The translations under genes were made by a program, and so were the position numbers. Shown piece after piece: positions 18,701 to 28,164 of a stretch of DNA of 64,000 nucleotides. A model generated the notes under the pieces. It made no database searches, had not been told where the DNA came from, and saw nothing but the letters and a program-made list of their open reading frames with translations. The stretch spans positions 967 to 64,966 of the forward strand of contig NZ_JBGCFU010000008.1 of assembly GCF_045107095.1 (NCBI RefSeq). The letters run 5' to 3'. Source of the stretch: Congregibacter sp. (GTDB lineage: Bacteria; Pseudomonadota; Gammaproteobacteria; Pseudomonadales; Halieaceae). The stretch's first letter is position 1. Each line of letters starts with the position of its first letter.

Positions 18701-19342
18701 AACCGTAATCAGATAGGCGCAGTTGTCGAATCACAACCTTTCGGTGGCGAGGGGTTGTCCGGCACGGGTCCAAAAGCCGGAGGACCGCGCTATGTGCAGC
18801 GTTTTCAGCGGCCCCCGGAAGCCCAAAGTACTGGTGCGGCTGACACGGATCATACCGCTGCGGGATTGGATGCTGTGCAGGCCGCTATTGATTCTCTGGA
18901 CTGGCACGAAGCTCAGGCGCTTGAGGAACAAGAAATGCCGGGGCCCACGGGAGAAGCCAACCGTTTGGCACTTTGGCCACGGGGGCTAGTGCTTTGTCTT
19001 GGCCCCACGGCCCAAGATGCTGCAATACAGGCAGGAACAGCGAGGCGTATGGGCTGCCCTGCACTGATGATTGCTCCGGGCGTTGATGCCTCTCAAGGTA
19101 TCGATGCCTGGCTGCCGAGAGAGGCGCTCAAAGACCTATCAGGAATCGCCGTCGTGGCACTTTGGAGTAATGAGCAGGATCTTCGCAAGGCCCGGCGGGC
19201 TTTGGCTGCGCGCGATGGTGCGCTCGTACCATTAGTGACCGCCGACGACCTGGATAGCTACTGCGTGCATGAACGTCACACCTGTATTGACACTACAGCC
19301 GCGGGGGGCAACGCCAGCTTATTGGCCGCTGACACTGATTAA
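15797..19342 (+). CDS. putA: Bifunctional proline dehydrogenase / P5C dehydrogenase without an N-terminal RHH repressor domain
   Basis: MCLAEALLRVPD, YSFDMLGEAA, SVKLSALHPR, RLVKGAYWD.EIK, YPQFATHNA, ISPWNFPLAIF, AETGG.N, FQSAGQRCSALR, GPTGE.N. ATG 15797 after AAGGAA. Confidence 0.97.
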   Translation: MNHVFTPTSPSMADRYEQDLDAIRALHVADEGEVLAALVGGAGIDLDLRQRAQARAVELIERIRSAGQPGLMELFLAEYGLSTNEGIALMCLAEALLRVPDPGTIDSLIEDKITPYNWSEHSGKSGSSVVNASTIALMMTGRVLDDDNSASVSGLLNRTVKRLGEPVVRLAVKRAMREMGNQFVLGQTIQEALKRAETETRRGFRYSFDMLGEAALTQADADAYFEAYADAIRAIGKSANGDAMHERPGISVKLSALHPRFEYSKSARLHKELAPRLNALARLAKEANLGLNVDAEESQRLEPFLHIIQAALSDSQLEGWDGFGVVVQAYQKRAGAVIDWLHQLATSLDRKIMVRLVKGAYWDSEIKQAQVEGVIDYPVFTRRSATDVSYICCASKLLGMTDRIYPQFATHNAQTAATIVELANGRDDYEFQRLHGMGETLFNQLIADGANCRIYAPVGPHKDLLAYLVRRLLENGANSSFVHKVVDPAYTPISLATDPFVNLEKLQAPRPAALCDPADIYAPGRKAAQGWDLNNHIVVRELELARERFLVHQWQALPILAREVEASEPFARREITNPSRPEDVVGVCFDASLTDCESAISYAQDWQDAGAQQRAFVLRRAADLFESNSGELFALLAREAGKCAADAVAELREAVDFLRYYANRGEDLSQQPARGIITCISPWNFPLAIFTGQIAAALAAGNAVLAKPAESTPLVAAVAVRLIHAAGVPREVLQFLPGDGLVAGQALTSSPDVGGVCFTGSTATAKLINRTMAEKLSPSAPLIAETGGINAGIVDSTALPEQAIRDALASAFQSAGQRCSALRILYVQEDVADVLLDMLHGAMDELDIGNPWSLATDIGPVINPQAQASIQTYIESAKQEGRLLKQLAVPSSGHFVGPTVIEVTGIKDLTAEIFGPVLHIARFAAEDFEKVIDDINESGYGLTFGLHTRIDERVKEASAAVHAGNLYVNRNQIGAVVESQPFGGEGLSGTGPKAGGPRYVQRFQRPPEAQSTGAADTDHTAAGLDAVQAAIDSLDWHEAQALEEQEMPGPTGEANRLALWPRGLVLCLGPTAQDAAIQAGTARRMGCPALMIAPGVDASQGIDAWLPREALKDLSGIAVVALWSNEQDLRKARRALAARDGALVPLVTADDLDSYCVHERHTCIDTTAAGGNASLLAADTD

Positions 19343-19471
19343 GCCCAAGGGAGCTTCGGGCCAATGGATTTGTATGCCTCTTAAGAGCTATTCTTCGGCA
19401 CATAACAAGTGAGCCGACGATGCATTTCGCATGCACGCCGTTCCGACAATAAAACTAGAAGTACAACATTT

Positions 19472-20230
19472 ATGCCACAACGACCCTTCGTTTCTTCACT
19501 CAGCGCCCTCGCGTTACTCATAGCGGGCCTGAGCTCTGTTGGCACCTCAGCTCAGGAAGACCAGGGCTTACAGTGGTCGGTAATGCCCTACCTCTGGGGA
19601 TCGACGACGGAGCTGGATCTTACTTTTCGAGATGCCAGTGTCAGTCCAGACGAACTCAGTTTCAAAGATCTGGTAGACACGCTGGATGGCGCCTTCATGT
19701 TTCAAACCGAGATCGGTGCTGGCTACTGGAGTGTGTTTGCTGATGCTACCTATCTCAAGATCGCAAGCACCGATGTGCGAGACCGAATCAGTATCGATGT
19801 GGATAGCACCCAAATTTTTGCCGATGGCGCGGTAGCTTATTGGCCTCAGGGCTTTGGCTCGGCACTCAGCGTTTTTGGCGGTGTTCGCCACTCGAGTTTT
19901 GACAATAGTTTTGGATTTACAGCAACCGATGCAGAGATACCACCGGCGGAGAGAGTGTCAGATACCGACTACAACGACCTCCTCTTGGGCCTTCGCTACC
20001 ACACCCCCATTTCCGATCGATGGGATATCCGCACCTATGCTGACTACGCGTTTGGTGATTCCGAGGGTGTCTTCGTCATCCGCGGAAGCTTCGCCTACAA
20101 TTTCGGTAAGTCGGGACAAAATTCCGCCGTCGTGGGCTATCAATATAAAGAGGCGGAATTTACCGAAGGCGATCAGACAAACTCCTTCACCTATTACGGC
20201 CCACTAGTCGGCTTGGAGTTTAGTTTCTAA
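19472..20230 (+). CDS. Hypothetical outer-membrane beta-barrel protein
   Basis: Signal peptide, alternating amphipathic beta-strand pattern, C-terminal GLEFSF (terminal Phe). Start uncertain (19409 GTG or 19472 ATG). Confidence 0.7.
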   Translation: MPQRPFVSSLSALALLIAGLSSVGTSAQEDQGLQWSVMPYLWGSTTELDLTFRDASVSPDELSFKDLVDTLDGAFMFQTEIGAGYWSVFADATYLKIASTDVRDRISIDVDSTQIFADGAVAYWPQGFGSALSVFGGVRHSSFDNSFGFTATDAEIPPAERVSDTDYNDLLLGLRYHTPISDRWDIRTYADYAFGDSEGVFVIRGSFAYNFGKSGQNSAVVGYQYKEAEFTEGDQTNSFTYYGPLVGLEFSF

Positions 20231-20253
20231 GGTGTCTCCATTTGTTGGGTAGA

Positions 20254-20275
20254 GCCAACTGATCGCTCAGTTGGC
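20254..20275. terminator. Hairpin between convergent genes
   Basis: GCCAACTGA-tcgc-TCAGTTGGC 9-bp stem overlapping the VOC gene stop; no clear U-tract. Confidence 0.45.
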
Positions 20276-20668
20276 CTCACTCTGAGTCACAACACTCCAG
20301 ACATGGCCGAAAGGGTCTCGCAACTTGCCGTGACGCCCAAAGAACTCATCAGTTACCGGTCGAATAACAGTGGCTCCCGCAGCGATAGCGCGATCAAACC
20401 ATGCATCCGCGTCATCTACCGATAAATTGATCGAGAAAGTCGTACGCCCACCCAGGGTGTCAGGCGCAACGTTACCAACTAGTTCCTCCATATCCAGGAA
20501 CTCGTCCGCGAGCATCAAAAGACTGCCATTGATGCGCAAAGTAGCGTGGCCAAGCTTGCCTTCATGTTCGTAGCGCTGAAGTTCTTCCGCAGCAAAAGCC
20601 GTCTTATAAAACTCGATCGCCGCGGCACCATCGCGCACACAGAGATAGGGAGCAACTGCCTTCATCAT
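20267..20668 (-). CDS. VOC/glyoxalase family protein (PhnB-like)
   Basis: PYL.VRDGAAAIEFYK.AF, HA.L.I.GS.LMLADEF, D.F.G.R.G.L.DPFGH.W; strong SD GAGGAGG. Confidence 0.92.
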   Translation of the reverse strand: MMKAVAPYLCVRDGAAAIEFYKTAFAAEELQRYEHEGKLGHATLRINGSLLMLADEFLDMEELVGNVAPDTLGGRTTFSINLSVDDADAWFDRAIAAGATVIRPVTDEFFGRHGKLRDPFGHVWSVVTQSEAN

Positions 20669-20739
20669 ACCGTCCTCCTCTCATCGCTTCTCAGTCTTAG
20701 CCTCGAACTCGAAGACTAGAAACGGTGTAGCTAAAAGGT

Positions 20740-23700
20740 CTACTCCCACTCAGGTGCCGCCACTGCAGGACCCGCGACTGCGTTAAATGCAGCAACATCC
20801 TCGCTGACCAGCGTCTCCCACGCAGACATCGCTTCCTGCCATTGAGGCCGCAGATCATCCAGACGATCTCTTTGACCACGGGTCAGCCCTAGCACTGCTT
20901 TGTCTGCTTGCTGATAAACATCAATGAGGAAGGCATCAACGCGCGGATGAAAATTCAGCACATCCTGAAAAGTTTCCCGCTGAGGCGTTGTCACCGACTT
21001 TTGCCACTCCTCCAATGAGGACAAAAGAGACTCGGCTGCCTCAGAAACAATGTCATCCCCCGCTTCTTTTGCCAGCGTCTGACGCAATTTCACCTGCTTT
21101 TGAATACCCTGCAGGCTGGCGACACGCGTATAGATTGCATCGAGCATGCTAAAGGCTTCGTCAACAAACGCCTGCTGTTCTGCTATGGCATCCGCTTCGT
21201 AGTTATTGATGGGATCCCAGCTTACCTTCACGGTTTGTTCCTGGACTTCTTCGCCTAGTGTCAGACGCACGGTGTAATCTCCCGGCGCTACGGCATAGCC
21301 CGCAATGGATTTGTCCGCACGAGCGCCGTACACGACGTCATAGTCGAGGGTCTCGCTTGAATCTGTTCGAAGATTCCAAACAAACCGGTTGAGGCCTTTT
21401 TCTGCAGGGATAGCTCCCCTGCCACCCTCGACACCTTTCTCTACGTCCGTTTCGAAACTGCGAATGACGTCTCCCGCGTCGTTGAGGATCTCCAAGGCGA
21501 GGGCCTGCTCCTCAAGATCAAGTTCGTCAGAGAGCGCGTAGTACAGTACCGCGCCATTGGGCGCACTAGGTGCCACGCTCTCGCCACCGCCGGCTCTACC
21601 CTCTGTGGGTGTCAAACGAATCGCAGGGGTCGGTGCGTAAAGGTGCGCAGTCGCTGATTCCTGCGCTTCGTCAAACTGTCGCAGTGGCACGATGTCGTCG
21701 ATCACCCAGAAGGCACGTCCCTGAGTCGCGAGTACGAGGTCGTTGCGACGAACCATCAGGTCCGTAATGGGAACAATCGGCAAATTCGTCTGAAACGCCT
21801 GCCAGTCCTTACCACTGTTGAACGAAATGTAGAGACCACGCTCCATGCCGGCAAAAAGAAGTCCTGCACGCTCAGGATCTTCGCGCACTACCCGTACAAA
21901 GTGCGCCTCAGGCAGTCCGTCGGTAATCGATGACCAGCTGCGACCGTAATTGGACGTGCGATACACATAGGGCTGGTTGTCACCTTCCTTGTACTTCATC
22001 ACCACGACATAGGCGACGGAAGGATCATGGGGGGACACCTCAATGGCGTTGATCAAACCTCGTCCTGCATTCTTTGGCGTGACGTTCTTCCAGCTCTCTC
22101 CCCCGTCGCGGGTTACATGAACCAGACCATCATCGCTGCCCACCCACAGCGTATCGGGATCGTGGGGACTCTCTGCAAAAGAGAAGATCGTATTGTATTG
22201 CTCGATGTTCTCGTTGGTGTAGGGCCCCATGCCCTGGCCCTGCTTGTCTAATTCATTGCGAGTAAGGTCGGGGCTCGCCTCTGTCCAATCAAAACCGCGA
22301 TTCACCGACTTCAGCAACACATTGCTGCCGTGATACACCACCTTGGGGTCGTGAAGAGAAACATGGATAGGTGAGTTCCAGTTAAATCGATACTTGGAAT
22401 CACTCGCTAACTGCCCCAAACCCGTTTCCGCGTAGGCCTTTATTGAGCGGCTGGTGCGCGTTTCTGTATCGAACTCATCGATAAGGCCGAGATAGCAGCC
22501 GGCATAGGTATACCGCGGATCGTCGGGATCCATGGCCACGTAAGCGCTCTCACAACCGCCATGCACTTCCCAGTCATCGCGGCCAATTTGGCCATCCCGG
22601 GATCGGCTGCGTATTGCCACCGTGGAATTATCCTGTTGTCCGCCGTAAATGCGGTACTCAAATGCGTTATCAGTATTAACGCGGTAAAACTGAGCCGTCG
22701 GTTGATTGTCTTGTCGCGACCAGGTGTCCGCTCCGTCAAAAGACACATTGGCACCACCGTCATTTGCGTTAACCATCCAGTCTGAATTGTCCGGATTAAT
22801 CCACAGGTAATGGTTATCACCGTGAGGCGTTTGCACCTGATTGAAGGTCTTTCCGCCATCAATGGACTTCATGAACGGTGCATTAAGCACATACACCGTG
22901 TTTTCATCATTTGGATCGGCAAAAATATGCATGTAGTACCAGGAGCGCGCACGAAGTACTCGCTCCTTGTTGACCTGGCTCCAGCTATCGCCACCATCAT
23001 CAGATCGGTAAAGACCTCCTTCGTCGCCTTCGGCTTCGATGATCGTCCAAACCCGACCCGACTTAACACCGGATACGGCGACACCCAACTTACCCATGCC
23101 GTCGGGCAGGTCATCCACCAGACGTTCCCAGCTCTCTCCGCCATCGGTCGAGCGCCAAAGTCCACTACCCTCGCCTCCCGAGCGCAGCTTCCAGGGAGTA
23201 CGCTGGTTGTCCCACATGGCGGCAAACAGGATGCGCGGATTACTGGGATCAATAGCCAGGTCGACAGCACCGGTAGTCTCGTTGAGGGGCTCCAGTACCC
23301 GGCGCCAAGTTGCACCACCGTCGGTCGTCTTGAACACACCAGCGTCATCTGCCGGCGCGTAGGTATTCCCCTGCGCCGCTACCCAGATAGTGTCGGGATC
23401 TGCTGGATGAATACGGATTTCACCAAACTGGCGCACGTTCTCAAAACCGATGTGAGTCCAGCTTTTTCCTGCATCAGTGGATTTGTAGACGCCGTCTCCT
23501 TGCGATGAAGCAATGTTTCTGAAAGGTGACTCGCCCATACCCACAACCACAACATTTGGGTCTGATGCCGCTACGGCGATCGCGCCTACCGCAGAGGAAC
23601 CAAAGTCGTCATCAGACACAGGATTCCAGCTGGCACCAGCGTTCTCGGTTTTCCAGACACCTCCGGTGGTGCCCATGTAGTAAACATGGGGGTTTTGACG

Positions 23701-23859
23701 AACACCTACCGCTACCGTGGCACGCCCTCCACGAAAAGGCCCGACATTGCGCGCCTCGATACCATCAAAGAAACTGCGATCCTCACCCGCACTGATGACT
23801 GCCGTCGATATGGAAGAAAAAACAAGGCCCAAACAAGCTAGAAACAGCGTTGGCTTCAT
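20740..23859 (-). CDS. BNR/Asp-box beta-propeller (VPS10/sortilin-like, often annotated glycosyl hydrolase) secreted protein, copy 1
   Basis: Signal peptide; GPFRGGR; repeated S.D.G..W Asp-boxes; GGQQDNS; YRFNW; ATQGR.FW; C-terminal helical region. Confidence 0.88.
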   Translation of the reverse strand: MKPTLFLACLGLVFSSISTAVISAGEDRSFFDGIEARNVGPFRGGRATVAVGVRQNPHVYYMGTTGGVWKTENAGASWNPVSDDDFGSSAVGAIAVAASDPNVVVVGMGESPFRNIASSQGDGVYKSTDAGKSWTHIGFENVRQFGEIRIHPADPDTIWVAAQGNTYAPADDAGVFKTTDGGATWRRVLEPLNETTGAVDLAIDPSNPRILFAAMWDNQRTPWKLRSGGEGSGLWRSTDGGESWERLVDDLPDGMGKLGVAVSGVKSGRVWTIIEAEGDEGGLYRSDDGGDSWSQVNKERVLRARSWYYMHIFADPNDENTVYVLNAPFMKSIDGGKTFNQVQTPHGDNHYLWINPDNSDWMVNANDGGANVSFDGADTWSRQDNQPTAQFYRVNTDNAFEYRIYGGQQDNSTVAIRSRSRDGQIGRDDWEVHGGCESAYVAMDPDDPRYTYAGCYLGLIDEFDTETRTSRSIKAYAETGLGQLASDSKYRFNWNSPIHVSLHDPKVVYHGSNVLLKSVNRGFDWTEASPDLTRNELDKQGQGMGPYTNENIEQYNTIFSFAESPHDPDTLWVGSDDGLVHVTRDGGESWKNVTPKNAGRGLINAIEVSPHDPSVAYVVVMKYKEGDNQPYVYRTSNYGRSWSSITDGLPEAHFVRVVREDPERAGLLFAGMERGLYISFNSGKDWQAFQTNLPIVPITDLMVRRNDLVLATQGRAFWVIDDIVPLRQFDEAQESATAHLYAPTPAIRLTPTEGRAGGGESVAPSAPNGAVLYYALSDELDLEEQALALEILNDAGDVIRSFETDVEKGVEGGRGAIPAEKGLNRFVWNLRTDSSETLDYDVVYGARADKSIAGYAVAPGDYTVRLTLGEEVQEQTVKVSWDPINNYEADAIAEQQAFVDEAFSMLDAIYTRVASLQGIQKQVKLRQTLAKEAGDDIVSEAAESLLSSLEEWQKSVTTPQRETFQDVLNFHPRVDAFLIDVYQQADKAVLGLTRGQRDRLDDLRPQWQEAMSAWETLVSEDVAAFNAVAGPAVAAPEWE

Positions 23860-23976
23860 GATTAACCCTTAAAGTGTGTTCGTTAGTATTGCTTTACCGT
23901 AACGTCAAAAGTATATGTCAGAATCAACTCCGGTGAACCTCGTAGCACCTGACCTATCACCCAAGGATAACGATCC

Positions 23977-26199
23977 ATGTCAGCGAGTCGTTGCTGTTTT
24001 CCAAGCCTAAGCTCCCAAAAACTCTCCCCACGGAGGGTCCTAGCCACGTTTCTAAGTGCTTTCGCCTTCGCACTGCTGACTCAATCAGTCGTTGCAAGCG
24101 ACGCTCCACCTCTCACTCTGGAAGATGTGTTTGCTTCGCCCAGTCTCTTTGGCACATCACCTTCAGCGCCAAAGTGGGCTCCTGACAGTCGAAGCTTTGC
24201 CTTCACCTGGAACGACAAGGGTCTGCCTAAACGTGGTTTGTGGCTTTCTTCGGCCGATGGAAAACAGCTAAGGCAGATCCCTCTTCCCGGCGCTTCTGCA
24301 TCGCCGCGTGACTTCGTCTGGCAAGGAGATGGGCAATATTTGCTCGTTCTTCAGGGTAATGGGCTTTGGCAACTAGACACCAGCGATGGATCAGCAGAGC
24401 AATTGGGAATTCTTGGTGATGACGCGTCCACGCTCACTATAGCTCCTGACGGTCGGCAGCTAGCGTTCCTCAAAGAGGGTGACCTCTGGATATTCGACCT
24501 GCGGAAAAAGACTCTCAGAGCGCTTTCACAACTGGGTATACCGGCCTTATCCAAACTTTCGATCGGGCGCTACAACAGGCCCGAGCGCGAGATAGGCCCG
24601 GGGATTTGGGGCGGACCCACCTACGCGTGGTCGCCGGACAGTAAGCGTATTGCCGTTCACTTGGTAGATCGTCAAAACATGCGCAAAGTGCCGTTCCCCG
24701 ACTATCTCGCAGCGGAGACAACTCCCAACGAGATACGCAGGGGCTATCCCGGGGATGCCAACGAATCTCGCCAGGTAGGCATTATCGACCTTAGCGATGG
24801 CAAGTTAGAGCTTCTGCCGCTTGAAAAAACGGACGCTCAACAAGTCATTGGCTTTTCGTGGTCGGCAACGGGCGTGCTGCTCGTGGACATCGCTTCGGAC
24901 ACGGCAGAGGACCGCTGGCTTTATCGGGTAGACGAGCAGAACGAACTGATCCTCGTGTGGCACAGTAATCGCCCCAGTCGCATTTACACGGCCTTTGCCT
25001 CTGCCTGGCATTCCGACAACGAACGGGTCATTTTTCTCAGTGACCTTGATGATCGCTACGGGCTCTACCAGATCAACGCGTTCACCCCGGAAAAATCCCC
25101 AAAGCGCATCAGCGACGCGAGCACCGATGTGTTAAGCGCTCCCCAGGTCACAAAATCCGGGCAGATCTTTTACACGGCTAACGCACCAACGCCGGCGGAG
25201 CGTCATGTATTGCGCATAGACGCAAATAAAGGATCACCAGAGCAACTCACGCGGCTACCGGGATATAACAGCGCCTACCCATCTCCCGATGGCGCGCATC
25301 TGGCATTCATTCATAGCGAAGCGAATCTACCTCCCGAGATTTATGCACTCGCAGCTCCGGGAGAAGAATCGCACCGCGTCACTCACTCCCAATCTGAACG
25401 CTTTAAAGAGCAGGACTGGGCCCGGAGTCGCTACGTGAGCTTTCCGAGCCACATTGATGACTACACCCTGCACGCGAGAATTTTAGAACCACTCAATTTA
25501 GAGCCTGGCAAAAAGTATCCCGTGCTCTTTGGCCCCATGTACTCGAACACCGTGCGCAACCGCTGGAGCGGTCGGTACAGCCGAATACAGCAGCTATTGG
25601 TGCAGAAGGGCTATGTAGTTGTGCAAGTTGATATGCGCGGTAGTACTGGCTACGGACGGGACTTTCGCGAAGAGTTTCTGGTGGACTTTGCCGGTGATGA
25701 CATCGAAGACATCGTGAGCGCAGTGGATTACCTGAAATCCCAACCACACATGGATACCGAGCGGATGGGAATTTGGGGAAGCAGCTACGGCGGGACCCTT
25801 TCGATCTATACGCTGCTAAAGAAGCCCGGCCTCTTTCGTGCTGGCGTTGCCGCTGCCGCAGCGGTAGATCCACATTTTTTTGGTACCGACGATGTGGCGA
25901 TCGTGCGTCGTCCCGACACGCATCCGGAGGTGTTTCTCAACACCGCGGCCCGCTATGCCGACAACCTCGAAGACCACTTGCTGATTATTCATGGAATGCA
26001 GGATCAAGTTGTGCCCTTCAAAACCACCGCCGCCCTGGCCGATCTCTTGATTAAGAAAGGCAAAGACTTTGATTTTGCTTTTGCGCCAGGTGCAACCCAC
26101 AGCTGGAGTCGAGAGGCTCATTACTCCCGCTACCTCTTTGGGAAAATGCTGACGCACTTTGATCGCTATCTAATGCCTGAGCCGGCAACGTCCAATTGA
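23977..26199 (+). CDS. S9 family prolyl oligopeptidase / DPP-IV-like peptidase
   Basis: Propeller plus GIWGSSYGG nucleophile, HG..D..V (Asp), GATH (His); signal peptide. Confidence 0.9.
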   Translation: MSASRCCFPSLSSQKLSPRRVLATFLSAFAFALLTQSVVASDAPPLTLEDVFASPSLFGTSPSAPKWAPDSRSFAFTWNDKGLPKRGLWLSSADGKQLRQIPLPGASASPRDFVWQGDGQYLLVLQGNGLWQLDTSDGSAEQLGILGDDASTLTIAPDGRQLAFLKEGDLWIFDLRKKTLRALSQLGIPALSKLSIGRYNRPEREIGPGIWGGPTYAWSPDSKRIAVHLVDRQNMRKVPFPDYLAAETTPNEIRRGYPGDANESRQVGIIDLSDGKLELLPLEKTDAQQVIGFSWSATGVLLVDIASDTAEDRWLYRVDEQNELILVWHSNRPSRIYTAFASAWHSDNERVIFLSDLDDRYGLYQINAFTPEKSPKRISDASTDVLSAPQVTKSGQIFYTANAPTPAERHVLRIDANKGSPEQLTRLPGYNSAYPSPDGAHLAFIHSEANLPPEIYALAAPGEESHRVTHSQSERFKEQDWARSRYVSFPSHIDDYTLHARILEPLNLEPGKKYPVLFGPMYSNTVRNRWSGRYSRIQQLLVQKGYVVVQVDMRGSTGYGRDFREEFLVDFAGDDIEDIVSAVDYLKSQPHMDTERMGIWGSSYGGTLSIYTLLKKPGLFRAGVAAAAAVDPHFFGTDDVAIVRRPDTHPEVFLNTAARYADNLEDHLLIIHGMQDQVVPFKTTAALADLLIKKGKDFDFAFAPGATHSWSREAHYSRYLFGKMLTHFDRYLMPEPATSN

Positions 26200-26319
26200 C
26201 GACAACAGGATCTCTCTAAGACGTTACACTGAGATACTTTATCGCCCCTGATCAGCTGGCTTTGCCTGTGCTGCCCGCGTGAAGGTTCGTATTCGTGCTT
26301 GCTTAAGGAGTATCTCAGA

Positions 26320-28161
26320 GTGACTCAATCTACATCGTCCGTGGCCCTGGCCCGCTCGCTGCTAGGTAGCTGCTTGCTAGCCACCGCTGTAACGGGCTGC
26401 AGCAATCAGCAATCTAACGACAATGCCATGGCACCCGCCTCGGTAATCGCCGCGCTCGAGGCGGCCGCTCGTGGTGAGGCCCACCCCGACGACCTGCACC
26501 GGGACACCGTAAAGTCTGGTAAAGCTATGACCCCCATGCAAGCCGCCTTTGACGTTCAGCATTATGCTCTGACACTCAAAGTCATGCCCGAGAGCCGGTC
26601 TATTGAAGGCAGCGTCGCGGTCCGCTTCGATGCCCTTGAGTCACTGGATACCGTGCAGTTGGATCTTGATCCACGACTTGTAATTGAAGGCGTAACGATG
26701 GGAGAAACACCGCTCAAGGTGCGCCGCGAAGAAGGTTCCTTCATGGTCAGCTTGCCGGCCACGCTGGCTGCAGGTGACAGTGCCACGATCACTGTCGCCT
26801 ACGGCGGCAAGCCTCACGTAGCACTGGCACCCCCATGGTTTGGCGGCTTTGTCTGGTCTGAAGTAGATGGCACTCCATGGTTCGCTACCGCCGTGCAGGG
26901 TGACGGCTGTGATTTGTGGTGGCCCTGTAAAGATAACTTTGCAGACAAGCCCGACGAGGGCATTGATCTTGCGATCAGCGCACCGAAAGGCGTGAAAGTG
27001 GCCTCTGTTGGCGTACTTCGGTCTGTAGACGAGGGCGATGACGGTTTCGATACCTGGCACTGGAGCTCCAGACATCCTTACTCCGGATATGCCGTTGCAA
27101 TTAACGGCGGCCCCTTCGAGCTGGTCGAGGACGAGTACGAGGGAATCAACGGTAGCCGCTATCCGATTCAGTTCTGGGCACTTGAAGAAAATGCCGACAA
27201 AGCTCGCGCGCTTATTAACTCAGACGTTATCCCGGATCTCGAGTTTTTCGAGCGCATCCTGGGACCCTACCCTTGGGGTGACGAGAAGGCCGGTTTTGTT
27301 GAGACTCCACACCTGGGCATGGAGCACCAAACCATTAACGGCTACGGAGAGCAGTACAAGCGCGGCCGCTATGGCTACGACTGGCTCCTGCATCATGAAC
27401 TAGCCCACGAGTGGTTTGGCAACGTTATGACTCACGCCCGTCCCGAGGACGCCTGGCTTCACGAGGGTTACGGTGCCTACATGCAGGCGGTCTACGCCGA
27501 AGAAACCATTGGCGCGATGGGTTACTACGACCATATGTATGGGGCCTATACAAACAACGAGCACTGCCTTCCCGTGGCCAACCCTGAAGTAGAAGATGCC
27601 GGCGAAGCCTTTGACAACCGTGACATTTATACCAAGGGCTCATGGATGCTCCACAGCCTTCGTCGACACATTGGTGAGGAGGCCTTCTGGGCAGGCACCC
27701 GGCGCGTGATCTACGACACAGCCGAACCCTGGGACCTTAACTACCCCATTCAATCGCGCTATCGCTCCACGGAAGACTTTATCGACATCATGTCTGAAGA
27801 AGCGGGAGAAGATATCAGCTGGCTAGTGCAGACCTACCTTCGCGAAGCAGGCATGCCAGAACTTGTCACAAGCCGTGACAACGGTCAGCTGTCGCTATCC
27901 TGGAACGTCCCGGGCGATAGAGACTTTCCCATGCCTATCGACGTCAGCATTGACGGGGAAATCACGGTAGTAGACATGTCCTCGGGAGCTCAGAGCCTGT
28001 CTGTGCCTGACAGGGCTCGTGTACTCATCGATCCTGATAGTAAGATTCTCCGAACACTACCGATCATTGGTAACTGCTCAGAACAAACCGAGCAGCAGAT
28101 TCTGGACAACATCGAGCGCTTTACGCGCATGGCAAAAGACTACGGCTGGCAAAGAGACTAA
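26320..28161 (+). CDS. M1 family aminopeptidase, lipoprotein
   Basis: GMEHQ, HELAH-18-E (WLHEG), IY.KG; lipobox VTGC; GTG 26320 behind AAGGAG. Confidence 0.92.
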   Translation: MTQSTSSVALARSLLGSCLLATAVTGCSNQQSNDNAMAPASVIAALEAAARGEAHPDDLHRDTVKSGKAMTPMQAAFDVQHYALTLKVMPESRSIEGSVAVRFDALESLDTVQLDLDPRLVIEGVTMGETPLKVRREEGSFMVSLPATLAAGDSATITVAYGGKPHVALAPPWFGGFVWSEVDGTPWFATAVQGDGCDLWWPCKDNFADKPDEGIDLAISAPKGVKVASVGVLRSVDEGDDGFDTWHWSSRHPYSGYAVAINGGPFELVEDEYEGINGSRYPIQFWALEENADKARALINSDVIPDLEFFERILGPYPWGDEKAGFVETPHLGMEHQTINGYGEQYKRGRYGYDWLLHHELAHEWFGNVMTHARPEDAWLHEGYGAYMQAVYAEETIGAMGYYDHMYGAYTNNEHCLPVANPEVEDAGEAFDNRDIYTKGSWMLHSLRRHIGEEAFWAGTRRVIYDTAEPWDLNYPIQSRYRSTEDFIDIMSEEAGEDISWLVQTYLREAGMPELVTSRDNGQLSLSWNVPGDRDFPMPIDVSIDGEITVVDMSSGAQSLSVPDRARVLIDPDSKILRTLPIIGNCSEQTEQQILDNIERFTRMAKDYGWQRD

Positions 28162-28164
28162 ACC

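Noticed and set aside
22810-23508. Long alternative ORFs in the track (22810-23508, 12068-12685, 30659-31258, 38822-39292, 62217-62783, 11674-12210 and similar)
   Set aside because: They lie antisense to or inside well-supported genes and have no recognisable motifs; they are shadow ORFs.
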